A stretch of 64,000 nucleotides of DNA, from assembly GCF_009834535.1 (NCBI RefSeq), contig NC_045696.1, forward strand, positions 119,848,001 to 119,912,000. The letters are read 5' to 3'. The translations under genes were made by a program, and so were the position numbers. Within the stretch, counting starts at the first letter, position 1, and every line of letters begins with the position of its first letter. Positions 1 through 64,000 of this stretch are shown here, piece by piece. This DNA is from Camelus ferus. Its lineage: Eukaryota. Under the pieces are notes generated by a model. The model had not been told where the DNA came from. It worked only from the letters and a program-made list of their open reading frames with translations, and made no database searches.

Positions 1-460
1 GTTTTCAGTGTACAGATCTCATCTCCTTGGTTATGTTTATTACTCAGCATTTTATTTGATGCTATTGAAAATGAAATTGGTTTCTTAATTTCTTTTTCAG
101 ATAGTTCATTGTTAACGCATAAAAAGACAAGAGACTTTCCTGTGTTGATTTGTATCCTGCAACTTTACTGAATTTATTTGTAGTAAATTTGTGAATTAGT
201 TCTAATAGCTTGTTTGTGAAGTCTTTAAGGTGTTCTATATATAATATGTTATCTGCAATTACTTCTTCTTTTTTTTTTTTTCCAATTTAGATGCCTTTTA
301 TTTCTTTTTCCTGCCTAAGTACTCTGGCTAGAACTTCTAGTACTGTACTGAATACAAATGATGGGGGTGGGCACCCTGGTCTTGTGCCTGATCTTAGAGG
401 AAAGACTTCCAGCTTTTCACCATTTAGTATGATGGCAGCTGTGGGCTTGTCATATATGGT
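1..460 (-). mobile_element. old LINE-1 ORF2 fragment
   Basis: Typical antisense L1 text (cttgtgcctgatcttagaggaaag, actctggctagaacttctagtact). Confidence 0.85.
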
Positions 461-2759
461 CCCGCATGGCCTTTATTTTAACATCTGTTTTAGAAAGTGC
501 TTGGTAAGAGGTTTGAGGTTTTCTGTGGAACGTTGGTAAAATCGGGTGAGATATAAAATTTTATTCCAAGGGGAAAACTCAGTTAAGAGAACGCTTTGGA
601 TTGACACTTGTATTGTGGGAAAAGATGAAAGATCTGAATTTGTGGTGTTTGAGGGGTTATTAAAAGATGTAAGAAACCAAAGGGATGAGAAATACTAATA
701 ACCGGTTTATTGAGAGTTTTAGGTTTTTAAACAAGGTTCTGTCACATCCACCTTTCACAGATCTCAGGCAATAGTTCAAACAGGAATCATAGCTTTGGGG
801 TCAGTTTCAGGTAAAAACCAACTATCCTTTTCAGGCTTTAGAAAGCCCACCCTAGTCTGCACCAAAACTTCAACCTCTCATCCATTTCAAATGCCAAGGG
901 GCATTAGGTGAATGTGGACCACTCTTTTCTGGGGTTCACCCGGGGGGAACCCTGGGGCAGACCCAGCACCCCACCTGTGAGAGGGAGGCTGAGATCTGCT
1001 GTGCCCCTTGGTAGCTTAACAGTTATTTTAAGCTCTTTTATTTCCATGATTCTTGAAACACATAACATTTGAAAATGCTCTGCGAGGGTTTCAGGATGTC
1101 CTTCCTGGCTGCGGGCTTCAGTTCAAGAACCATCGATCGTGGTTATCATGAACCATTCGGGGGCCTCCTCTGACATCACCAGCCTCCCTGGCTTCCTGTC
1201 TTAAAGACGTGACTTTCCTGTTTCCCCACCAAGAATGTGGTTCCACCTCTTCATAGCTGAGCGCTTCTTGGACTCACAGAATTTCCGAGTCTGGTTTTAG
1301 GTAGAGACGAGGTTGGCTGATATTCCCCTGGGGAGCCCCCTGGCCTCTGGCTGGGGTTCAGGGTCCACTCTTGCCAGTAATTGCTCCATCTGCCAGACAG
1401 TGACCTGAATTTCTGTTGTCCCTGGAGCCTCCCCTAAGCTGCAGTTTTCTCATCTGTAAGATGGGCATTATCAGTCTAGTCCTGCTGCCTTCCCTTGTGG
1501 ACATCAAATGAAAAGGAAAATGTTAAGAAGGAGTTTTTAAAAAGTAAAGCCCTAAATAATAATTATTTATTTAGCAGACCAATGACATGTTTGTTATATA
1601 AAACATAGATAAGAAAAAGGAGAGGATTAAATAATCGGAATGACATTAAAATGGGTTTGGAGTCAACTACTGTTTAGGGGAAAAAGCAAAAGTAAATGGG
1701 TCTCTGTGCTGCAGGACTTCCCAGGGGCTTTGGTGTGCTGACACGTACTGTAAATGTCCCAGAGGGTCACACAGCAGGCCGCCTCTCTCAATTTATATGA
1801 ACTCCTCCGCTTTTTAAAAACAGTAACTTTTAGAACGGGTGCCCCTCCTGCCCAGTATGGGAAAGGCTGTATTGGGTAAGGTTATTGTCACTCTTGTGAT
1901 TTACTCTAGGTGGCCCGAGGCCAGCCCAGTGGAAGTCTCTTCCATGAAAGTGAGGACAGCCGTCTCCTGCCTGGAGAAGGACCAGATGCTCACAGCCGGG
2001 GCGAGTCCGATGAGGCTCCTTAGTCCTTCTGGTTCTTAGCTGAGCTTTCCTTGGCCTGAGAGGCTCCATCAGTTCTGGCTCTGACCTTAGCCTGAGTTGC
2101 AGGGGCAGGACGGTGAGGGGGGATTTCCCGAGCTTCCAGCTGCCCCGTCTTGTCTGCCTCCTGCTGCTGAGGTGGCCGGGGCCTCAGTGTGACTGAGTCG
2201 TCCTTAATTCTGGGCCAGAAACACCAGTCTCAGAGCTCTGTCCTCTGCCAGGACCAGTTGGTAATGGTCTGCTCCACTCAGCACTGCGAAAAGGACTTGT
2301 CGGACCTCAGATGTGCAGGAAAACGCATTTTCCCTTTCTTCCTTCCATACTCCTAAGGTGGCTGAGAATTTCATTTTGTTTAAAAAAAAATCCTTTCATT
2401 TGTAAATTAAAGATTAGGTAATGCTTACTGTAAAAATTGCCACTAATACGAATATTATTTGTGTCAGCTTGAAAAGGTAGGAAAAGGTATAAAAGATGTA
2501 AGGAGGTTATGAAAGTATTGCTTGTATGAGGTTTAAAAGGAAAGTTCCCCTTTTTCTCCCCTCTGCTCACACACCTCCACCTACCAAGTGTGTTGTGTGC
2601 GTTGTTCTAGATCTTTCTCTGTGCGTGCCAACAGTTGATAAGTAGACTTGCTTGGCTGTTCAGATGTTTGGTCAGACGCAGTGCAACTTTCCAATTCCAC
2701 TCAACAGAATTCCACAGACTAGCGTCTATGTCTGTGCAGAAATAGGAACTCTCTTTTTC

Positions 2760-4910
2760 TCATTTGCTTAAAGTCAAGTGTATTGAGGGAAATTTACATG
2801 AAGTAAAACACACCCTTTCTCAGAGTGCAGTTTGGTGAGTTTTGATACAGCAGACAAACAGCCATTCCATCAAGACAGAGACACTGCCGTTGCCTGCAAA
2901 GGCCCCCTTGCGGTCAGCTTTCTTCTCACAGCCCTCCTGCCTAGCAGCCACTGGTCTGGTCTCCATCCCTGGAGCTTTCTCTTCCCTAGAACGCCATGCA
3001 CACGCAAGCGTGCAGGATTAGTGTTCTATGTCGGCTCCTTCCACTTTGCATGATGCGTTGGAGATTCAGCTGTGTCCCTTGTTCTGCAGCTCATGACACA
3101 TGACCCCTGATGGCTGCTGCCTTGCACACAGCTTGTTTAGCTCCACCCATTAATGGCCATTTGCATTGTTTCTAGTTTGGGGTTATTACAAATAAAGTGG
3201 TTATGAGCATTCATGGACAAGTCTTCTGGGGGAAATATGTTTCACTACTCTCAGAGAAATACCAGAGTGGGTGGTATTGTAAGCATATGTTTAACTTTAT
3301 AAGAATCTGCCAAACTGTTTCCCAAAGTGAATGTACCACTTTGCATTCCCACTGGCAACATCTCAGAGTTCCTGCTGCTCCACATCCTCGCTGACACTTG
3401 GGATCGTCAGTCCTGTTAATTTTAGCCATATGTCGTGGATTTCACTATAGTCTTCATTTACACTGTCTTAATGACTAATGACATTGAGTATGTTTTCATG
3501 TGCTTGTTGGCCATTCATGTATCTTCTTTGGTAAAGCATCCATTCACACCTTTTGCCCGTTTATTTTAATTGGGTTGTTTCATTATAATTGAGTTGTAGC
3601 AGTTCTTTATATATTTTGAATACAACTCCTTATATATGTGTTTTGCAAGTATTTTCTTTTAGTCTTTACCTTGTCTTTTCAATTTAGCATTGTCTTTCGA
3701 AGAGCAGACTTTTTAAAATTTTGATGAGTCCAGTTAAACATTTTATTCTTTTCCTGTTTGCTTTTTGTGCCCTGTTTAAGAAATCTTTTTTTCATAGAAG
3801 CAGAGAATAAAATGATGGTTACCAGGCGTAAGGTGATGGGGAGATGTTGATCAAAGTGTACAAAGTTTTGGATACCGAAGATGAATAAGTTCTAGAGAGC
3901 TAATGTACAGCATGGTGACTGTAGTTGATAATACTGTGTTGTATACTTGAAATTTTCTGAGAGAATACTTCTTAAGTGTTCACATTGGAAAAAAATAACC
4001 ATATGAGGCAATGAAAATGTTAATTAGCTTCACTGCAGTAATCATTTCACAATGTATATGTACATCAAAAAATCATGTTGCAGACCTTAAATATATATAA
4101 TTTTTATTAAATTTTTTTCATATAAGAAGAGACATTTTTATTTTTTATTAAAGTAGAGTCGATTTACAATGTTGTGTTAATTTCTGGTGTACAGCAAAGT
4201 GATTCATATATATATATTCATATATATATTCTTTTTCAGATTTTCCCATTATAGTTTATTACAGGATATTGAATATAGTTCCCTGGGCTATATAGTAGGA
4301 CCTTATTGTTTTATCTGTTTTATGTATAGCAGTTAGTGTCTGCTAATCCCAGACTCTTAATTTATCTCTTCCCACCTTTCCCCTTTGGTAACCATAAGTT
4401 TGTTTTCTATGTGAGTCTGTTTCTCTTCTGTAAATAAGTCCATTTGTCTCTTAGATTCCACATATAAGTGATATCTTGTGATTTTTGTCTTTCTCTTTTT
4501 GATTTACTTCACTTAGTATGATAATCTCCAGGTCTATCCATGTTGCTGTAAATGGCATTATTTTATTCTTTTTTATTGCAGAGTAGTATTCCATTGTATA
4601 AATATACCACATCTTCTTTATCCAGACATCCGTTGATGTACATTTAGGTTGCTTCCATGTCTTGGCTATTGTAAATAGTGCTGCTGTGAACACTGGGGTA
4701 CATGTGTCTTCAAAAGAGACATTTTTGCCTAACCCAAGGTCATTAAGATTTTCTCCTGTTTTCTTCTAGAAGTTTAATAGTTTTAGCTCTTACATTTAGG
4801 TCTATGATCTACTTTGAGCTAATTTCTATGTAGGGGGCAGTGTAAGGGTTAAGGTTCATTTTTGCTTGTTTTGCACATGGAAGACTAACCTTCAAGCATC
4901 ATTCATTGCA
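2760..4910. mobile_element. nested LINE-1 cluster: old L1 (-) interrupted by an L1MA-type 3' end (+, ~3790-4110) and a young L1 3' end (-, 4140-4713)
   Basis: ORF2 C-terminal peptides in ORFs 3211..3429 and 4451..4693; 13-bp TSD AAGAGACATTTTT at 4127-4139 and 4714-4726. Confidence 0.85.
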
Positions 4911-6239
4911 GTGACCATATATCTTATTCTTTGTAATGACTGTATAATGTTTCATCTAATAGAGTGAAAGTTAGGCTGTTTCAGATCTGAGGCTATGATG
5001 AAATATATATTGCATGTAAATATATATCCTTGCATGTAAACCTCTGGGCAGTCGAGTGAGTATTTCTGTGGACTCTGCGTAAAATAGCACAGTGCTGCTG
5101 GGTACCCCAGATTGTTTTTCAGGATACACCCCCCACTTACAAGGCCTGGGAGGGATGGCTCTAACTTTATCTTTATCGGTGTAAGCCTTTCACAGATCTC
5201 AAATAATTTCCTTCTGGAAAAATCTAATAGCCTGTGTTATTAGATTCTGAAAGATTTAGAGCTGTTCCAGGAGGGTTTGAAGAGAGATGATAATTTCTGC
5301 CTCGGTCATTTAGGGTCACCTCATAAGAAATAGGCTCATAAAATACATGGTCCATGGGAAATGGAAATTTACAAGAAACTGTTTAATAAATATTGAGGGC
5401 TTATGAATACCTGTGTGCTGGGGCCTCCCTAGAGGGGAGAGGTTCCTGTGGTAACTCTACATCAGCGATGACTCAATCCCCAGAGGCCTGAATGTGTACA
5501 TTCAGCCTCCATCATACAGGCCATTGTCTACGTGGACCACCCTCACCCAGCCCTCCCTGGTGCCAGGCCCTGGCCAGCTGGCTGCATGTGCAGAGGCTGC
5601 TAGGAAGTGCCTGTTTCTCAATATGGCTGGGGCATAAAGTTATGTCACTTTTGCCACTTTCTTTTCTTTCAATCCTACAAAGGTGTGATTGGATCAAATT
5701 AACTGACATTGTTGAGGATGTGTTAGTTGACAAGGGTGGTCCTGGGGGCAGTGGGGATGCACAGAGCTCTGGGATATGCCTCCATCTTCAGGGACATTAA
5801 CACAGATTAAATAGCAACAGAAGGTGGTTTAGAAGCAGCTCAGAAACAACAGCAGCAGGTGTCACAGGCAGGACTTAGTGACATCGTCTGTGCCAACTGC
5901 ACAGTCAATGATGGAGTCCGTCTGCTGAAGGAAGGAAGAGATACCTCTGGTTTCTCAGGGACAGTGAAAGTTTAGAATCTGACACCAAGTTCCTCGAGGG
6001 TCATCTTCCCCTACATAGACTGCACCTTCTCTAGGCTTCCCAGAGCCCAGTGCCAGTGCTGGAGGTTTCCAGAGTTAACAAGAAGAAGCCTGAGAATTTC
6101 CTGGTTAGGCTTGGCCAACAATCACGGATCCTTCTGCTAAACATTTTGGGAACAGTGATGTGGGGTATCCCCTCTCTAAGCTGTCCTGTTGATTTGTATG
6201 TAGCTCACATGTATTCTTCATGCTTTTCTTATAAATCCT

Positions 6240-6735
6240 GTATCAGCTGTTGCTGCATAACAAATCATCTTAAAACCTAGTGGCCTCAGGACACTGCAGG
6301 CAAAAACAGCAGCCATCTAATTTGTTCACGAATCTGCAATTTGGGCTGGTTCATCTGGGTGGTTCTTCAGCTGGTGTCACCTGGGCTCACTTCTGTGGCT
6401 GTCATCTGGAGACCTGAATGAGGCTGGGTGATCCAAAGTGGCCTCATTCTCATGTGCAGGGCCTCCTCTGAGATGGCCAGACAGCCAGGGCTGGCTGCTT
6501 TCCCCACCTGTGGCCTGTTCAATCATCCAGACTTTGTAATGTGGAGACTTGTTTCCAAGAGAAGGCAAAAGCAGAAGCTGCCAGCTGGTTAAGGTCTAGG
6601 TCTAGAAGTGGTACAGTGTCACCTCACTGCATCCTGTTGGTCAAAGCTTGTCACAAGGCCAGCCCAGACTTGATGGGAGGGAAAACAGACCCCTTCTTGC
6701 TTGGAAGGGTGGCGCGCACACAGGCTGGGGAGATG
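6240..6735. mobile_element. MaLR (MLT1-type) LTR, degraded
   Basis: tgtatcagctgttgctgcataacaaatcatcttaaaacctagtggc ... cacaaggccagcccagact, typical MLT1 text. Confidence 0.65.
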
Positions 6736-7203
6736 TTGGGGGCCATGGCTCCCGGGTCTCATTTCTGCATCTCTGTACACAGATTTCAATTCATGTGTGA
6801 TTCATCACATGTTGCCTCATTGCAGCTTTCCGACAAACCTTTAAAGGGAAATGCCTCCATTGTATGAGAAAACTGAGGCTTGGAGAAGTCGAACAGTTTG
6901 TCACGGTCACCACAGAGCTTGAATGCAGCCCCTCTGGTGTTGGACCTGTGGGTGTCCCTTCATCCTCTTTTGTCACCCAGCCCCACCTTCCCCGAGAATG
7001 AGGACCAGCTGCTGGACCTGAGTCCAGGCCTACCACCTCGTTCCTGAATTATCTCCCATGAGTGCTGGGTGTATGTTACACAAATTAAAGCAAAATGGAC
7101 AACTCTGTGGATTATTATGTTAATTATTTTAGTAATCTAAGGATCTCCATAACAGGCTTTAAAAGCTTACAAGAGGTAGTCATTCATTTAAGAATATCTT
7201 TTT

Positions 7204-7327
7204 TTGTTTTGAAGTTTTGTTTTCCTTGTCTTTGTTTGTTTGTTTCTTTAAATGGAGATGCTGGGGATTGAACCCAGGACCTCGTGCGTGCTAAACACGT
7301 GCTCTATCACTGAGCTGTACCCTCCCG
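7204..7327 (-). mobile_element. tRNA-derived SINE, Vic-1-like (camelid)
   Basis: Minus strand reads GGGAGGGTACAGCTCAGTGATAGAGCAC...GGTTCAATCCCCAGC (A and B boxes) followed by an A-rich tail; flanked by TSD AAGAATATCTTTTT (7190-7203, 7328-7341). Confidence 0.8.
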
Positions 7328-7865
7328 AAGAATATCTTTTTGTTTGAAGAATTTCGTCTAGCCAAAGGTCAAGTCAATGATGTTATTTCCCAGATGTAGT
7401 TTGATCAATAATCACTTTCCAATCCATTAAATCTTTCCATTTATTTTGCTTTGCATGTGGGATAAAAGGTTACGGCTTCTGGAGAGAGAATAACCACTTT
7501 TTTTTGGAGAAAGATGTTTTGAAAAACAGAAACTCTTCCCCACCATCATCCTTGCTTTTTACTGGATGATTAAAGGAAAAAAAAAAAATCCGGGGGCAAC
7601 TTTACATTTGTCACCTGATGGGTAAATGTGTCACAGACTGACAGCAGAAGGATTTGTCTCCACGGAAATGCACTTTGAATCCAGGGAATTTGAACACCTC
7701 AGTTGGAAGTGGGTAGGCACGGGTGGAGAACCCACTAGGACTGCTTCTGGTGGACATTTGAGATTTGGCTGCCTTTTTTTTAAATCACCTCTTCAATGGC
7801 CACTTCAGTCTCAAAAAAAAAAAAAATTGGACATCTTAATTTTAATGTGGGCATTTGGTCCAGTG

Positions 7866-8085
7866 CTTAAGATAAATATAACCCTGTGTAGTACGGGGCA
7901 GGTTTAGTGGGAAATGGTTGGCATTCTTTCTTGGTAAAGGCATGGGGGAGGGAGGCGGGGAGGGAGGGAGGGAAGAGGGGGGAGAGAGGGAGGCACACAG
8001 CGCAAGGAAGACGGGGCAGAGATAAGGGAGGCTCCTCGCAGCCCTGCTGGGAGAACTTGACACTTTGCAGCCCGCAGCAGCCAGC
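7866..8085 (+). promoter_or_regulatory. COLQ exon 1 proximal promoter / 5' UTR region
   Basis: AT-rich box gataaatataa at 7871, AGATAA motifs and a purine (GGGA/GGAG) tract at 7943-8030 directly upstream of the ATG; TSS not determinable. Confidence 0.5.
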
Positions 8086-61025
<52,940 letters not shown>

Positions 61026-62337
61026 GGGCCGCCTGGAGGAGGCAGCCCTACCACGGAGCTGGCAGCAGCCCCTCCACCCTTGGCAGACTGACCTCGCCTG
61101 TCCTGGTCCAGTTTCCACCACCTTTGAGCGACAGAAACAAGGACAAACTCTTGCTGCTAAGACGTGCTTTTAACTCAGTCCGACTGGAGGAACTTAGGAC
61201 ACTTGCATCCTGTCCTAACCCCAAGTCCCAGGACTCCTCCACGTGCCCAGCCTGGGAACTGCTCCCCGTCGCACCCTCTGGCCCGACAGCCGGCCTGCAG
61301 GGCCCTTTCCTCCCGATGCTGTGGACTTGGCTTCGCACTGTTAGACACACACGACTGTTGGAGTTTGCTCTCATCTTGGGGTGTCTGGGGGGCAGGCCTC
61401 TCCCCTCCTCTGACCTCTGGGACTGTGAGCATTCTCACCCGGCCCTGGGGACCACAGAGCAGGGACATGGGCCCATTCTTGGGGTGGCCCCCAGCTCTGG
61501 GCCTGCCCAGGGACCCCCCAACTGGCCACAGCCCAGCAAGGCCTCCTGTGGATGCGGCCCTCCCAGGAAGAGCCCCCAACTGTGAAAAAGGACTGAGGAT
61601 GCCGCCCAGCCCGAGCTTTGCCCCGGGGGGTGCTCGCCGTGCGAAAGAAAGCAGGGCAGTGGCCTCCCCATCCCTGGCACCGTCCTGACCTCGCAGCTCT
61701 GTGCACTTGGGCCTCTGTCTCATAAGCGGCCCTCTGCCCCTCTCTCAGTCAGGAGATCCGCTGGCAGGCAGGCCGTTGGTGGGTCCCTGGGAAAGTGCCG
61801 CCTGGTTTCCCGCCTGGCCCCACGACTGAGCACGAGGTGCGAGCTCTGGGCACTGTCCTGTCTGTCCTGAGCGCCAGTCCCGGCTGCCTGCCAACTCCTG
61901 TCGCCCTGGGACCGCCTCCTGTGTCTCCGTGGTGCGTGCCTGTGTGCCAGAGCCCCCGTGTCTACAGGATCGTGAGTCCTGCGTGTCCGTGAACCGCCTT
62001 TCACCTCCATCTTTCCTGAGTGGGGCTTAGCTTTGTTTGGGAAAGACATCTTTCCCACAGCAGACCTCAAATGGGACGTGCCTGCTGGTCACCAGGTGGA
62101 GGGACACTCCTGGGCTCATGTACAAGGCTGTTAACTGTGCCTAAGTCTCAGGCCGTCGGCGTAGTGATGGTGGTTTGTCGTGGGCAGGATCAGCCCAGGG
62201 GTGGTGTCCAGAGGGACCACTGGTCAGCCTGGTTCCCTCAGCCTCTACCGCAATTCCTGGGGTGATGTTACATGGCCCACGTCGTCCCATGTGAAGCCAC
62301 CGCCTTCATACTGGGACCTCCAGATGGGAAATCAGTA

Positions 62338-62343
62338 AATAAA
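62338..62343 (+). terminator. COLQ: COLQ polyadenylation signal (3' UTR about 1.3 kb)
   Basis: AATAAA overlapping an AGTAAA, followed by GT/T-rich sequence; first canonical hexamer I see after the stop codon. Confidence 0.75.
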
Positions 62344-63709
62344 GGCCGTGTGCTTCCCTGTGGTGGCTCTCTCTTCCCTAGGGGTGTGGGGCTGGTGTCC
62401 CAGAACTGCTGGCTGGAATGAGAGGTCTGAATTCAAGTCTGCTTCACAGACTCTGCAGAGGGTTCTGGAATGTGGGAGCAGTCCTGCTCCCTCAGGGACG
62501 AGGGAGGAAACTGAGGTCCAGGGATGTGGAGGGACTTGCCCAAGGTCACAAAGCCCAGTCTTGCAAACCCAGCCCTGCCCCCAGCTTCGTGTTAGAATCT
62601 GGTTGAGGACAGAATGGAGCTCCAAAACAGCCCTGAGACTTGGCCAGGAGGGCACTGCTCTGGGCTCCCTCTGGCTGTGACCAGGCCAGGAGGAGGAGGT
62701 CTCTGGGGCCAAGGTGACATTTGTACACTCCATGCTCCAGGTACTGGGAAGCCCTAATTCCCCACCCTAGGGGTCCTGCTTCCTGGGCCTACACAGCCCT
62801 CTCCCCCGTCTTTCCTCCTGCATGACTCACACATAGCTGTAAGCATGAGGGGTGGCCAGGACAAGTGGTTTGCAAGGGCCGGAGATGGAGCTTGGACACG
62901 CAGGCTGGGGTTTCCTGGGACAGACACGCCGGTTACCCATCACTAGATGTGCGTGGAGGGCATGTGTGGGTCAAACTGCTTAAGAATCTCTAAATCTCAT
63001 TATATAAATGGGCCAACCTACACTCCAGTTTTACTGTTTTACTGGGTTGTCGCCCGCCCCCCCCCCCCCCGGAGTGGAGGGAACCAGTTAAATTTTCAAC
63101 GAAGCACCTGTCTTCCATTTGTGTGGTCACAGTGAGCTCTCAGCTGGAGGACCCTGACAGTTCACCAAGGAGACTGTTGCCCTGGAGCAGCCCAGTTACC
63201 ACCGTGGGTGCAGAGGGTCTACAGGTGTGGGGCTGTCTCCCCCATCTTCATGGTAACCATTCTGGGGGGGTGTGGCTCCTATGAGAGGAGTGGGTGAAGG
63301 ACTCCCCACCTCACCCAAGCCCCACCTCGAGGAAGAGGATGGGAGCTCACACTGCCTTCGCCCGAGGGCTTTCTCTCTGGTGGGGAGGGGCCACCTGAGT
63401 TCCGTTCAGCCCCAGGCAGCTGACTGATTTTAGAGTCAGACTAGTCTCCAGGAAACAACCTTACCAAGGAAAGAAACTGGCCATTTCCCTTGTCCCCCAC
63501 CCCCATCCCACTGCTCCCTTCAGAGAAAGGAGGTGCCCACATCACAATGAGGTTATCCCCCGGGACTTCCTCAAGGGCAGCGATGAATGTTCTGTGCTGT
63601 TCCACCCCATGGCCAGCCCCACTCCCCTGGGTGCCCTGGGATGGGAAGGTGACAGCAGTCGTGGTGGTCGTGGGGCTCACCTGGGGAGCTGTGTCCCAGG
63701 GGAGGGAGT

Positions 63710-63860
63710 GGCTCCCAAGCTGTTGGGTTCATCAGAACGACCTGGAGAGCTTGTTACTCTGACTCAGCAGGTCTGGGGTGAGGCCTGAAAATCTGGGTTT
63801 CTTGCAGGGTCCCAGGGATGCAGGTGCTGCAGACCAGGGACCAAAGAGCCCACTCTGGGG
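63710..63860. mobile_element. MER5A-like element (other copies ~36315-36445, ~47683-47745, ~55735-55910)
   Basis: catcagaacgacctggagagcttgtt...caggtctggggtgaggcctgaaaatctg. Confidence 0.65.
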
Positions 63861-64000
63861 AGAGGGCTCGACCAAAAGCGATGAGGCCGGAGACACAGGG
63901 CAGAGGTGGGGACAGGTGTGGGTGGCTTTTCATACACTTTCATTCAGAGGTGGGGTCTACATCCCTTCCCCTTGAATCTAGGTGAGCTTTTGATCACTCT

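Noticed and set aside
460..2750. Possible 3' exons of the upstream neighbour (HACL1 in human synteny)
   Set aside because: No recognisable coding exon found
7251..7327. tRNA-Ala-like sequence
   Set aside because: Has an A-rich tail, a TSD and mismatched stems, so it is a SINE and not a tRNA gene

Overview
Mammalian genomic DNA, probably camelid (one tRNA-derived Vic-1-like SINE, young cetartiodactyl-type L1 3' ends, no recognisable ruminant or pig SINEs). The + strand carries a complete, intact COLQ gene (collagen-like tail of asymmetric acetylcholinesterase): 17 coding exons from 8086 to 61025, all GT-AG, 1380 nt encoding 459 aa. It also has the alternative first exon 1A (28071-28146) and a poly(A) signal at 62338. 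The rest is largely L1, MIR, MER (hAT) and MaLR/ERVL LTR fragments. The most striking unexplained structure is on the - strand within COLQ introns 10-12 (about 44140-54980). There a chain of about 15 candidate exons, many with polypyrimidine/AG acceptors and GT donors in mostly compatible phases, repeatedly encodes RGS-domain helix patterns reminiscent of RGS22/RGSL1, is broken by stops and frameshifts, and ends at its own AATAAA. It looks like a decayed multi-RGS-domain gene interleaved antisense with COLQ exons. This assignment rests on motif matching by eye and needs a profile search to confirm.
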